Of a stretch of DNA of 54,691 bases, positions 1 through 8,831 are shown in pieces. Source of the stretch: an uncultured Candidatus Saccharibacteria bacterium (GTDB taxonomy: Bacteria > Patescibacteriota > Dojkabacteria > SC72 > JAFGCJ01); the NCBI GenBank assembly GCA_964481345.1, contig CAYZTC010000007.1:1-54691 (forward strand), written 5' to 3'. The number at the start of each line of letters is the position of its first letter. Position 1 is the first letter of the stretch. Below the pieces are notes generated by a model that saw nothing but the letters and a program-made list of their open reading frames with translations, had not been told where the DNA came from and did no database searches. The translations under genes were made by a program, and so were the position numbers.

Positions 1-564
1 ATGTTTTTCTTGTGGTTCAAGGTGAATATCTGAACTTCTTAGTGCTTCAGCATCTTTTAGTATTTCTTCAATAACATCTGGTGCAGCACCTTTCTGGGAT
101 TTTATAATTTCTGAAAATCTTGTAGCAAGAGTGGTTCTGTAGTGAATGAATGCAGAATCAATGTCTTCTGGAAGGGAGTAGGCAACTTCGATCTTTTTAC
201 CTTTAAAGAGATCTTCAATATCGGCAGGACTTCCAAACTTTTCTGGATTGTCAGTAGTAATCACAACATTTTTATCGGTTTCTGTGAACATAACCGCCCG
301 ATATTTTTTAGCCAGTTTTTCGGGAATTTTTTCAACTTGTTCTTTTGTAGGTGGTCGTGAGTTTAAGTCTGCGTAAGCTATTCCCAGTGATTCTGCAATA
401 GCTTGTCCAAGAATATCACTTGTGATGGTCCCATTATTTAGAAGAATTTGCTGGATGGTTGTTTTTTGCTCTTTTGCATATTTTTCTGCTTCAGCAAGCT
501 CTTTTTCAGATACAAACTTTCCTTTCAGAAGAGCAGATTTTAGTTTTTCTGGCTCAATTTCCAT
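1..564 (-). CDS. pilB: Type IV pilus / type II secretion assembly ATPase (PilB/GspE family), N-terminal part; gene runs off the left edge
   Basis: Absent from the ORF track because it is truncated. A reverse-strand ATG at 564-562 opens a frame that stays open to base 1 (188 codons). It reads MEIEPEKLKSALLKGKFVSEKELAEAEKYAKEQKTTIQQILLNNGTITSDILGQAIAESLGIAYADL... and ends ...ALRSSDIHLEPQEKH. This is the GspE N-terminal domain layout followed by the SDIHxEP entry into the ATPase core. Confidence 0.7.
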   Translation of the reverse strand, partial: MEIEPEKLKSALLKGKFVSEKELAEAEKYAKEQKTTIQQILLNNGTITSDILGQAIAESLGIAYADLNSRPPTKEQVEKIPEKLAKKYRAVMFTETDKNVVITTDNPEKFGSPADIEDLFKGKKIEVAYSLPEDIDSAFIHYRTTLATRFSEIIKSQKGAAPDVIEEILKDAEALRSSDIHLEPQEKH

Positions 565-707
565 TTTTTAGGCAGTTTTTATTATGTTCTACTACTTTAG
601 ATATTGCTTAAGTATCTTCGACTACTAAAAGTTTGGGATTAGTTTTTTCTGTCATAGGATATTCATATTAGGCTACATGAAAATGATAATAAGGTCAATG
701 AAATTCC

Positions 708-2801
708 TTATTCGTAGATGTTTTTTAATATTTTAACATCTACTGCAACTCCTCCTTCCCTTTGATCAAGTGAAATAAATGGGTTGATATCAATCTCTGT
801 AATATCAGGATTTTCAATGGCCATGATTTGGATATTTAATAGTGTTGTTACAATTGAGTCAGTATCTCTTGGCGAAGTTCCTCTATATCCAGTTATTGCC
901 TCATATATTTTCGTTTCTTTTAGCATTTCAAGTATTTGTTCTTTAGTTGCCGGTACAATTCTTTGAGCTGTGTCTTTTTGAAGTTCAGCAAGGGTACCAC
1001 CTGCTCCAAACAGTAGTACTGGTCCAAAGCTTGGATCATTCTTAACACCGAGTATTAAGTTTTCTCCACCTATAATTTGCTTTTGAATTTGTACAGAATA
1101 ATCTGGATCGTTTGGAAATACTTCAGACCACGATGTTTTCAATTTGTTGACGGTATCCACAATCTCCTCTTGATTTTTAATTCCAGTTATTACTCCTGAC
1201 ACTTCGGTTTTATGCAGTAGTTTTGGAGAGATAAGTTTTGCAACCACTGGAAACCCAATTTGTGATCCAACGTCGGGTACAGTATCTTCGTCTGGTGAGA
1301 TTGATATGCACTGAGTAATGGGAATTCCATATCTAGCTGCAAACTCTTCTGCTTCAGGTCCAACAACATATTCTGTTCTTGATGCTTGTTTTGTCATTGG
1401 CTTGTATTTGTCTATAAAGTCAGGTGTAGACCCTGCTTTTAAAGCGAGATATGTCCATGAGAGTGCTTTTACTGTGTCGTTTGGGTACTTAAATACTGGT
1501 ACGTTATTTTTGTTTAGTAATTGATGTGCTTTTTCTACAAGTGTACCACCGATAAAGTTTGCTACAATAGGCTTTTGTGGAAAATCTACATACTTTCTAA
1601 TAATTACATCTGCAGTTTCTTCTATTTGGGTTGAGGTTTGTGGAGTGAGTATGGCAATTATACTATCTACATTTTCATCTGTAAGAGCGGTATCAAGCGC
1701 AATTTCGTATCTTTTCGCATCTGCATCTCCAAGAATGTCTAGTGGGTTGTTTAAGCTTGAGGCTTCAGGCATTTTACTTTTTAGTACCGCAACTGATGAC
1801 TCACTTAGTTTTGCCATCTCAAGGTCTGATTCTTCAACGTTGTCGGTTGTTAGAACTCCGGGCCCTCCTGCATTAGTTATTACTAACACTCTGTTTCCTT
1901 TTGGGAGGTTTTGTCTTGAGATAATTACAATTGTGTTTGCAAATTCCTCTAATGTCTGAACTCTTACACATCCTGACTGTTTGAGGGAGCAGTCTACGAT
2001 CGAATCTTTAGTAGCAATAGACCCGGTATGTGAGGAAATGGCCTTAGTTGCAGATTTTGATTTACCTGGTTTCAATATGACTAATGGAAATTTCTTTGAT
2101 ATTCTTGATGATAGCTCCATAAATCTTCTTCCATACCTAAAGTCTTCAAGATATCCTGCAAATAATGTGTTTTCTGGAAATACCTGTTCTGACCAGTATG
2201 AAAGGAGGTCATTTTCGTTTGTATTTGCTTTGTTACCCAGCGAAACAAAATGCTTAAACCCAAGATTAGCTTGATTTGCCCAGTCTAACATTGCAGTTGC
2301 AAGTGCCCCAGATTGTGAAAATAGAATCGTGTTTCCCTTTTGAATTGGTGCAGCTGAAAATGTAGCGTTAAGGTTGATGTCAGTGTTAATAAATCCAAGA
2401 CAGTTAGGGCCAATGATTTTTATATTATTATCGTTTGCAAGTTTAGTTATTTGGTTTTCTAGTTTTTCCCCTTCTGGTCCTGATTCTTTGAATCCTGCTG
2501 ATATGATTACTACCGTCTGTACCTTTTTCTTCATACATTCTTCCATGACTGTCGGGGTGATACTTGCAGGTACGATTATTAGTGCTACATCAACATTTTC
2601 TTTTATTTCAAGAATACTGGAATAGGTTTTCAGATTCTGAATCACCTCTGCTTTTGGATTTACTGGATAAACTTTACCTTTGTATCCTCCTGTAATGATG
2701 TTTGAAAGTATTTGTGACCCAATCTTTTTGGGATCTCTTGAAGCCCCAATTACGGCAATAGACTTAGGATTAAGATTTGGATAATGGGCAGATTGTTCCA
2801 T
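708..2801 (-). CDS. Acetate--CoA ligase (ADP-forming), fused alpha/beta subunits (NDP-forming acyl-CoA synthetase)
   Basis: 697 aa. N-terminal CoA-binding Rossmann segment (KSIAVIGASRDPKKIGSQIL, VYPVNPK). Succinyl-CoA-synthetase-like ligase domain (IIGPNCLGFINT, SQSGALA). C-terminal ATP-grasp half. Confidence 0.85.
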   Translation of the reverse strand: MEQSAHYPNLNPKSIAVIGASRDPKKIGSQILSNIITGGYKGKVYPVNPKAEVIQNLKTYSSILEIKENVDVALIIVPASITPTVMEECMKKKVQTVVIISAGFKESGPEGEKLENQITKLANDNNIKIIGPNCLGFINTDINLNATFSAAPIQKGNTILFSQSGALATAMLDWANQANLGFKHFVSLGNKANTNENDLLSYWSEQVFPENTLFAGYLEDFRYGRRFMELSSRISKKFPLVILKPGKSKSATKAISSHTGSIATKDSIVDCSLKQSGCVRVQTLEEFANTIVIISRQNLPKGNRVLVITNAGGPGVLTTDNVEESDLEMAKLSESSVAVLKSKMPEASSLNNPLDILGDADAKRYEIALDTALTDENVDSIIAILTPQTSTQIEETADVIIRKYVDFPQKPIVANFIGGTLVEKAHQLLNKNNVPVFKYPNDTVKALSWTYLALKAGSTPDFIDKYKPMTKQASRTEYVVGPEAEEFAARYGIPITQCISISPDEDTVPDVGSQIGFPVVAKLISPKLLHKTEVSGVITGIKNQEEIVDTVNKLKTSWSEVFPNDPDYSVQIQKQIIGGENLILGVKNDPSFGPVLLFGAGGTLAELQKDTAQRIVPATKEQILEMLKETKIYEAITGYRGTSPRDTDSIVTTLLNIQIMAIENPDITEIDINPFISLDQREGGVAVDVKILKNIYE

Positions 2802-2879
2802 ATGATTATTTTAGTTTATTTGATTTTATTAGTCCATAAAAGCCTTGTGTAATTTGGATAATTTAGATATCCTTGTGCC

Positions 2880-3965
2880 ATGAAAGTCGCTATTTCGACA
2901 GATTGGTTGGTAACTTTTGGAGGTGCAGATAGAGTATTGAAATCTTTATTGAAAATATTTCCTGATGCTCACATCTATACGTCTGTATTTAATGAACAAA
3001 TGTACCCTTGGTTAAAAGGTAAAGATATAAGAACAAGCTTTATTCAAAAGTTTCCATTCAAAAAATTTATATATCGTCATGTAACGCCGTTCTCTCCGAT
3101 GGCTTTTGAGGGATTTCGAATGGATGACTATGATTTAGTTGTAAGTCTTTCAGCTGGTTGTGCAAAAGGGGTTATTACTGGTGTGAATACAAGGCATATA
3201 GGAATTATTTTGACTCCGCCGAGATATCAATGGGGTGGTGAGATAAATGCAAGGGCAAGCAGGCTTAGGTCTTTGTTTAAGATTGTGGCTCCATTTTTAG
3301 ATAACTATCTTAGAATTTGGGATTTTGAGGCGAGTAAAAGGCCAGATGAGCTGATAGCAATATCTGAATTTATAAAAAATAGAATTAAGAAGTACTACAG
3401 AAGAGAATCTACAGTAATTCATCTTGGTGTAGATATGAGTAAATGGTATCCAGACAAAGATGGGATACCTGATAAAGATTTCTACTTTATTGCATCAAGG
3501 CTGTATGACTACAAAAGAATTGACTTGGCAATAATTGCATGCAACAAACTTAGAAAAAACCTAGTCGTTATGGGGTCAGGCCCCGATGAAAGGTATTTAA
3601 AAAGAATTGCCGGAAGAACGATTAAATTTTATCCTTATGAACCTGACGAAGGTGTGATTAGGAAATATATGAGTCAATCAAAAGCTTTCTTATTTCCAGG
3701 AGTAGAGGATTTTGGATTGACCCCGATTGAGTCTATGGCATGTGGTAGACCAGTAATTGCTTATAATAAGGGTGGAGTTACTGAGACAGTGATTGATGGA
3801 AGGACTGGAATATTTTTTGATGAGCAGACTTCTGAGTGTTTAGCAAGAGCTATGGAAAAGTTTGAAAAAATGAAATTTAGAAGAAATGCCATTATTGACA
3901 GAGCCCACGAGTTTTCTGAGAAAAACTTCATTAAGAATTTTAAAGAGTATTTAAAGAAAAAATGA
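2880..3965 (+). CDS. Glycosyltransferase family 4 (GT-B, Glycos_transf_1)
   Basis: 361 aa. C-terminal E-x7-E region EDFGLTPIESMACGRPVIAYNKGGVTETV. The N-terminus is paralogous to the next gene. Confidence 0.8.
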   Translation: MKVAISTDWLVTFGGADRVLKSLLKIFPDAHIYTSVFNEQMYPWLKGKDIRTSFIQKFPFKKFIYRHVTPFSPMAFEGFRMDDYDLVVSLSAGCAKGVITGVNTRHIGIILTPPRYQWGGEINARASRLRSLFKIVAPFLDNYLRIWDFEASKRPDELIAISEFIKNRIKKYYRRESTVIHLGVDMSKWYPDKDGIPDKDFYFIASRLYDYKRIDLAIIACNKLRKNLVVMGSGPDERYLKRIAGRTIKFYPYEPDEGVIRKYMSQSKAFLFPGVEDFGLTPIESMACGRPVIAYNKGGVTETVIDGRTGIFFDEQTSECLARAMEKFEKMKFRRNAIIDRAHEFSEKNFIKNFKEYLKKK

Positions 3966-5086
3966 AAGATATAAAAGACTTAAAAGTAGCACTTGTACAC
4001 GATTACTTAACTACACTTGGTGGAGCGGAGAAAGTGCTATGGTATTTACATGAAATTTTTCCTGAGGCTCCTATATATACATCTGTGTATTTTAAGAATA
4101 AATGTGGCGATCCTTTTGATGAGTGTGATATAAGGCAGAGTTTTGTGTCAAAACTTCCTTTTCAAAGGCTGTTTTTTCATGAATATAAGCTTTTTTGGCA
4201 GATGGCATTTGAAAAGTTTGATTTTCGTGAGTATGACCTAGTGATATCATCGACTTGCAGTTATGCAAATGGAATTATTACTCCAACAGATGCCTTGCAT
4301 ATATCATACATTCATAATGTGCCAAGATATTTATGGCATCTTCCAACTTCTCTTCACGGTACTTTATGGAAAGGGTGGGAAAATATTATACTTCCTTCCT
4401 TGGAGCATTACTGGAGAATATGGGACAGGTTAGCTTCAGAGAGGCCAGATCATCTCATTGCTAACTCAAAGGTTGTTCAGAAAAGAGTAAAAAAATATTA
4501 CAGAAGAGATTCCGCAATTGTCTATCCTCCTGTGGAGCTTGATAGATTTTTGGAGAACCCGGTAAAAAAGGGTAATTATTTCTGCTATTTTGGTAGGATA
4601 GAGCAGTTTAAGAATCTAGATATTGCAATTAAAGCGTGTTTGAAAAATAAGTTTAAGTTGAAAATCCTCGGGGCAGGGGAACATGAAAAGAATTTGAAGA
4701 AATTTGTCGAGGACCTTCATGCCACACATTTGGTAGAGTTTCTTGGAAGGCTTGGGGACGATGAGCTTGAGGAGATGGTGGGTAGATCAGCGGGCTTTGT
4801 CTTTCCAGGGATAAGTGAGGAGTTTGGAATTGTACTTGTAGAAGCAATGGCTGCGGGAAAACCGGTAATTGCGTTTGAGTCGGCAGGATCAAAGGACATT
4901 ATTCTAAATGGTAAAACTGGGATATTGGTAAAAGATTTTTCTGTGGACGCATTTGCTGAAGCGCTAAAACAAGCAAAAAAGAAAAAGTTTGATCCTGAGG
5001 TATGTAGAAGAAGAGCTAAAAAATTTAGTATAGAAAATTTTAAGAAAGGAATACTAAACAATGTCAGAGAATGCCTTTGTGAATAA
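3962..5086 (+). CDS. Glycosyltransferase family 4, tandem paralogue of the preceding gene
   Basis: 374 aa. EEFGIVLVEAMAAGKPVIAFESAGSKDII motif. ATGA start/stop overlap with the upstream GT4. The N-terminus KVALVHDYLTTLGGAEKVL parallels KVAISTDWLVTFGGADRVL in the upstream gene. Confidence 0.8.
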   Translation: MKDIKDLKVALVHDYLTTLGGAEKVLWYLHEIFPEAPIYTSVYFKNKCGDPFDECDIRQSFVSKLPFQRLFFHEYKLFWQMAFEKFDFREYDLVISSTCSYANGIITPTDALHISYIHNVPRYLWHLPTSLHGTLWKGWENIILPSLEHYWRIWDRLASERPDHLIANSKVVQKRVKKYYRRDSAIVYPPVELDRFLENPVKKGNYFCYFGRIEQFKNLDIAIKACLKNKFKLKILGAGEHEKNLKKFVEDLHATHLVEFLGRLGDDELEEMVGRSAGFVFPGISEEFGIVLVEAMAAGKPVIAFESAGSKDIILNGKTGILVKDFSVDAFAEALKQAKKKKFDPEVCRRRAKKFSIENFKKGILNNVRECLCE

Positions 5087-5735
5087 ATACCCAGGTTCTA
5101 TCATATCAAGAGTATTTGATGTTTGTACTTCATTGTTTGCAACTCTTTTACTATCTCCAATAATTTTAATTGTATCTCTCTTAATTCTTATTGATGGTAC
5201 AAAGGGATCTGTTTTATTGTTGAGTCCGGAGAGACTTAAAAAAGGTGGGAAAAAATTCATGATGTATAAATTTAGATATATGGTCCCAGATGCACACAAG
5301 AGAATGAAAAAGGGTGAGTATGGTTTAAAACTGAAAGAAAAATGGGAATCCAATGGGGGGAAACTAAATTACAATGAAGATCCGAGAATTACAAAAATTG
5401 GGAAGTTTTTGAGAAGGACTGATATAGATGAAATTCCTCAATTAATTAATGTCATAAGAGGGGATATGTCGATTGTAGGTCCTAGACCATATTTTGAGGA
5501 TGAGGTAATAAAATATAGAAAGCAGTTCCCCAAATTGTCAAAATGCTTTGAGGATATTTTATCAGTTAGGCCTGGAATAACTGGACTTTGGCAGGTATCT
5601 GGTAGAAATAGTCTTCCACTTGAGGAAAGAATAAAACTAGACTCAGAGTGTGCAAGAAAAAAGTCTTTATTTTTTGATATATGGATTTTGATAAGGACAC
5701 CATATGTAGTAATAACACGTAAAGGAGCTATGTGA
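5061..5735 (+). CDS. Polyprenyl-phosphate sugar phosphotransferase (bacterial sugar transferase family, WbaP/EpsL-like)
   Basis: 224 aa. One N-terminal TM segment. Motifs KFRYM, DEIPQLINVIRGDMSIVGPRP and GITGLWQVSGRN are typical of the Bac_transf family. Confidence 0.85.
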   Translation: MSENAFVNKYPGSIISRVFDVCTSLFATLLLSPIILIVSLLILIDGTKGSVLLLSPERLKKGGKKFMMYKFRYMVPDAHKRMKKGEYGLKLKEKWESNGGKLNYNEDPRITKIGKFLRRTDIDEIPQLINVIRGDMSIVGPRPYFEDEVIKYRKQFPKLSKCFEDILSVRPGITGLWQVSGRNSLPLEERIKLDSECARKKSLFFDIWILIRTPYVVITRKGAM

Positions 5736-6235
5736 TGGCAATATTTAAAGATAGAGTGATAATAATTAAATCAACAGATTTTGGAGAGAGGGATAGAATA
5801 TTTTCCCTATTTGGAAAAAGAAGTGGCAGGTTTAGTGCAATAGGGAAGGGAGTAAGAAGGCTTGAAAGTAGAAAAGGTGGGCATCTTCAAACTTTTAATG
5901 TTTGTAAGATCTCATATGCAAAAGGAAAGTCATTGGATATTATTACTGAGGTTGAGTCAGAGTCTGAACTAGACACTACATCTATTCCTAAGGATGTATT
6001 TGAAAGAGTTGGTTTTATCAGTCTTGTTTTAGATAAGTTTCTTCCTGAGGGTGTATCTGAACCTGATATTTTTTCAGATATTGAAGGTTATATTGAAGGT
6101 GATATGAGTGAGGAGAAAACAAAAAAAGTTGTTTTGGATGTACTTAAAAGGCTAGGTTTTGCAGGTGAAAAACAGGAAAATCTATCATATCAGAAGCTTC
6201 AACTTTTCGTGGATAAGATCTTGGACAGAGCTTAA
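5732..6235 (+). CDS. recO: DNA repair protein RecO (short form)
   Basis: 167 aa. N-terminal OB-fold pattern VIIIKSTDFGERDRIFSLFGKRSGRFSAIGKGVRRLESRKGGHLQ. The start overlaps the stop of the upstream gene (ATGTGATG). Confidence 0.6.
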   Translation: MMAIFKDRVIIIKSTDFGERDRIFSLFGKRSGRFSAIGKGVRRLESRKGGHLQTFNVCKISYAKGKSLDIITEVESESELDTTSIPKDVFERVGFISLVLDKFLPEGVSEPDIFSDIEGYIEGDMSEEKTKKVVLDVLKRLGFAGEKQENLSYQKLQLFVDKILDRA

Positions 6236-6256
6236 AACATCTTTTATACTAAAGGT

Positions 6257-8344
6257 ATGAAAATTACTGCCCTGAAAAAGTTTTTGGTGGTTTTGGGTGT
6301 ATTTTTAGGATTCATCTTCTTTATTGTATTTGCCGATTGGGTCAGTGCTGCAACTACATCTGAGGGTGTAGGAGTTGCTGCTGAGGTTATTCTTCTTGGG
6401 GAGCAGGAGGCAGCGATTAAAGGAATATCAGGTATTATTGCAAGTCCAAGTCCAGCAAGGGTTGGATATATCATTCAGATAAAAGTGACATTAAAAGGTT
6501 ATGATGGGATGCTTTTGCCTTTTCATTCTGTGAGGATTGAAGCTGAAGGTCCTGGGAGTTTTGAAATTACTCAGCCAGTTGGCCTGACAAGTTATGATGG
6601 TTTTGCAGAGGGGAAAATTACATCTGATGTTGCAGGTGTTTATACTGTTTATGCATATGACACAACATATGAGGAAAAGGACATTAAAATTAACGATTCT
6701 GCTGATGCAATATTTATCGCAGAAGGTATTCCACTTTTGTACTCTGAGCCAGAATATACTCAAGGATATTCAAACATACTTGATTGGGAACCTTTAGAAA
6801 ACATTGTCCAGTACTATATAGAGGCCTCAGATAGTGAGGAGTTTAATAACATTGTTTATAACTCTGGTTGGATTAGTCAGACGGAGTATGAGTTTACCGG
6901 TCTTTTAGATGGGATGGAATACTATTATAGAGTTAAGGGAAGAAATGAAGTGGGAGCAAATACATTATGGTCAAATATTGTCGTTAGTACACAGGATGCC
7001 CTCCCTCCACAGTCTGAAGTTGTAGATGTAGAAAAGCTGGAGAATGGGTTTAAAGTGTATATAGAATCTGAGGATGCTATTGGGGAAGTTAAACTTGTTG
7101 ATATATATGTAAAGATGGATGATGGGACGTGGATTTTGATAAAAAGTACTGAGATTGACTCTGTCACGATTGATTTCACCGAAATAGAAGGATTTGATCC
7201 TGATAATAAACCTGAAAGAATTTGTTTTTACTCAAGAGCAGAAGATACAGTAGGTAACCTTGAGTTGATGGATCCTGGAGAGACCGGGGATTACTGTGTT
7301 GGATATGGACTTACTTTGCAAAATATCATTGATCTTGTTTCAGATCAGTCAGAAAAGCTGGTTTTGATAGTTACAAATCTGTTTAATTCAGGAGTAGAAA
7401 AGCTTACTACTTTAATAGAAAACAATTTGTTGCTCTTTATTGTATTAGTTTTTCTTCCACTTCTGGTTTATATTAGTTTAAAGATGTATGATAGTTATTT
7501 TTCGTTAGGGAATTTGGGAAATTTGTTTGACTTGTGGAATTTGAAGATGTTCCCTTGGCTTGTGCCTGATGAAAACAAGAAATCGGTTGGAGTTGTGTAT
7601 GATTCTTTTTCACATGAACCTTTAAAAGATGTTTTGGTAAAACTGATATATAAAGATGAAATTGTACAGATGGATTTAACTGATGATTTCGGAGTGTTCA
7701 GGTTTGAACCGGAAAAAAAGAAATATACTATTGTATGTTGGAAAGCGGGATACGATTTTCCTTCTCGTATAGATAATAAAGAAAAAGATCCAATATATGA
7801 TTTGGTGTATAAGGGAGATGTAGTTGTAATTGGAAGTGATAGTCTGATTGGGGTTCCTATAGACTTTAAGGAAAGGAGTGACGAATATGAGGTACTTTAC
7901 TGGACCATAGATTTCTTCATGGATATTTTTAGGTTCGTCAATCCAGTACTTTTGATCTTGGGAATAATAGTGTCACTATTATTAAATTCTATTCTTGGGA
8001 CATCATTATTTTATGTTCTTGCAATCTTGTACGGGCTGTTTCTTATTCATTTGTTTGGGATGGTTGGTCAAAAAAGAGCCCGTTGGGGAATTATTAGAGA
8101 TGGTAATAAAGTAAAGCTGGGTGGAATTAAGATAGGACTGTATAATGCAAAATTTGATAAGCTGATTGATTACAGGATTACAGGTGGTGATGGTAGGTAT
8201 AGGTTCGTAGTACCATCCGGAAAATATGTTCTGAAATTGTTGAGTGATGGATATGAGATAGAAGGTAAAAAAGATTTAAGGATAGATCTTGAAAAAGGAA
8301 GGGTTATTGAAATTACACAAACCCTTACAATAAAGAAGATCTAG
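6257..8344 (+). CDS. Large membrane-anchored surface protein with Ig-like, FN3-like and carboxypeptidase-regulatory-like modules
   Basis: 695 aa. N-terminal signal/TM segment. Big_1-like segment (IKVTLKGYDGMLLPFHSVRIEAEGPG...GVYTVYAYD). FN3-like segment (YYIEASDSEEFNNIVYNSGWISQTEYEFTGLLDGMEYYYRVKGRN). Internal TM segments. C-terminal GGDGRYRFVVPSGKYVLKL beta-sandwich motif. Confidence 0.55.
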   Translation: MKITALKKFLVVLGVFLGFIFFIVFADWVSAATTSEGVGVAAEVILLGEQEAAIKGISGIIASPSPARVGYIIQIKVTLKGYDGMLLPFHSVRIEAEGPGSFEITQPVGLTSYDGFAEGKITSDVAGVYTVYAYDTTYEEKDIKINDSADAIFIAEGIPLLYSEPEYTQGYSNILDWEPLENIVQYYIEASDSEEFNNIVYNSGWISQTEYEFTGLLDGMEYYYRVKGRNEVGANTLWSNIVVSTQDALPPQSEVVDVEKLENGFKVYIESEDAIGEVKLVDIYVKMDDGTWILIKSTEIDSVTIDFTEIEGFDPDNKPERICFYSRAEDTVGNLELMDPGETGDYCVGYGLTLQNIIDLVSDQSEKLVLIVTNLFNSGVEKLTTLIENNLLLFIVLVFLPLLVYISLKMYDSYFSLGNLGNLFDLWNLKMFPWLVPDENKKSVGVVYDSFSHEPLKDVLVKLIYKDEIVQMDLTDDFGVFRFEPEKKKYTIVCWKAGYDFPSRIDNKEKDPIYDLVYKGDVVVIGSDSLIGVPIDFKERSDEYEVLYWTIDFFMDIFRFVNPVLLILGIIVSLLLNSILGTSLFYVLAILYGLFLIHLFGMVGQKRARWGIIRDGNKVKLGGIKIGLYNAKFDKLIDYRITGGDGRYRFVVPSGKYVLKLLSDGYEIEGKKDLRIDLEKGRVIEITQTLTIKKI

Positions 8345-8458
8345 ACTGCTTTATCAATATTTGTTATGATCTTCTCTGTTCTTTGAAACTGTTTGTTTTG
8401 GTATCTCTTAAAGCAAGCGAGTATGTGTTGAATATAAATAAAGCACTTTTTGACAACG

Positions 8459-8569
8459 GCGCCCTTCGACTTCGCTCAGGGCTTCGACAGAGTGTTTTTT
8501 AAAGTAGGTTATTATTGAATGCTTAGTAAACAGGTATTTAGGGCTTGCCCTGAGCCTGTCGAAGGGCGC
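8459..8569. repeat. GC-rich long-range inverted repeat forming a bipartite stem that overlaps the 5-prime end of tRNA-Lys
   Basis: GCGCCCTTCGAC (8459-8470) is the exact reverse complement of GTCGAAGGGCGC (8558-8569). CTCAGGGC (8475-8482) is the exact reverse complement of GCCCTGAG (8547-8554). The arms flank an AT-rich ~64-nt loop. Confidence 0.7.
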
Positions 8570-8639
8570 GTAGCTCAATTGGTAGAGCAAGCGACTCTTA
8601 ATCGCTAGGTTCGGGGTTCGACTCCCCGCGCGCTCACCA
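8564..8639 (+). tRNA. tRNA-Lys (anticodon CTT), CCA encoded
   Basis: Manual cloverleaf: GGGCGCG-TA-GCTC-AATTGGTA-GAGC-A-AGCGA-CTCTTAA-TCGCT-AGGTT-CGGGG-TTCGACT-CCCCG-CGCGCTC-A-CCA. The anticodon loop CTCTTAA gives CTT. Confidence 0.9.
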
Positions 8640-8645
8640 GTCTAC

Positions 8646-8662
8646 ATCCCGCAGAGCGGGAT
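8646..8662. repeat. GC-rich hairpin ATCCCGC-AGA-GCGGGAT just after tRNA-Lys
   Basis: Perfect 7-bp stem, followed by TTCGAC, a hexamer also present in the upstream element. No T-tract follows, so it is not a classical terminator. Confidence 0.6.
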
Positions 8663-8831
8663 TTCGACTAGGCGAGCCAAGATTTATTTTCCATCATCTC
8701 CCCAGAACAAATTCCATTTTTTAGACTTCCATCCTGATTCTATATTCCTTCGATCATCTACCTGCTTAATTGTTTCTGTTGGGAATATTTTACCTCTGAT
8801 CATTTTGCACTTTTGTATTCAAGTTGTTACT

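Noticed and set aside
142-360. 72-aa plus-strand ORF at the left edge.
   Set aside because: It lies antisense within the truncated PilB/GspE-like gene, whose translation shows clear family motifs.
8408-8590. 60-aa minus-strand ORF (MLYQLSYAPFDRLRASPKY...).
   Set aside because: It is the antisense read-through of tRNA-Lys (LYQLSYAP is the classic tRNA-derived pseudo-peptide) and of the GC-rich inverted repeat. It is not a gene.
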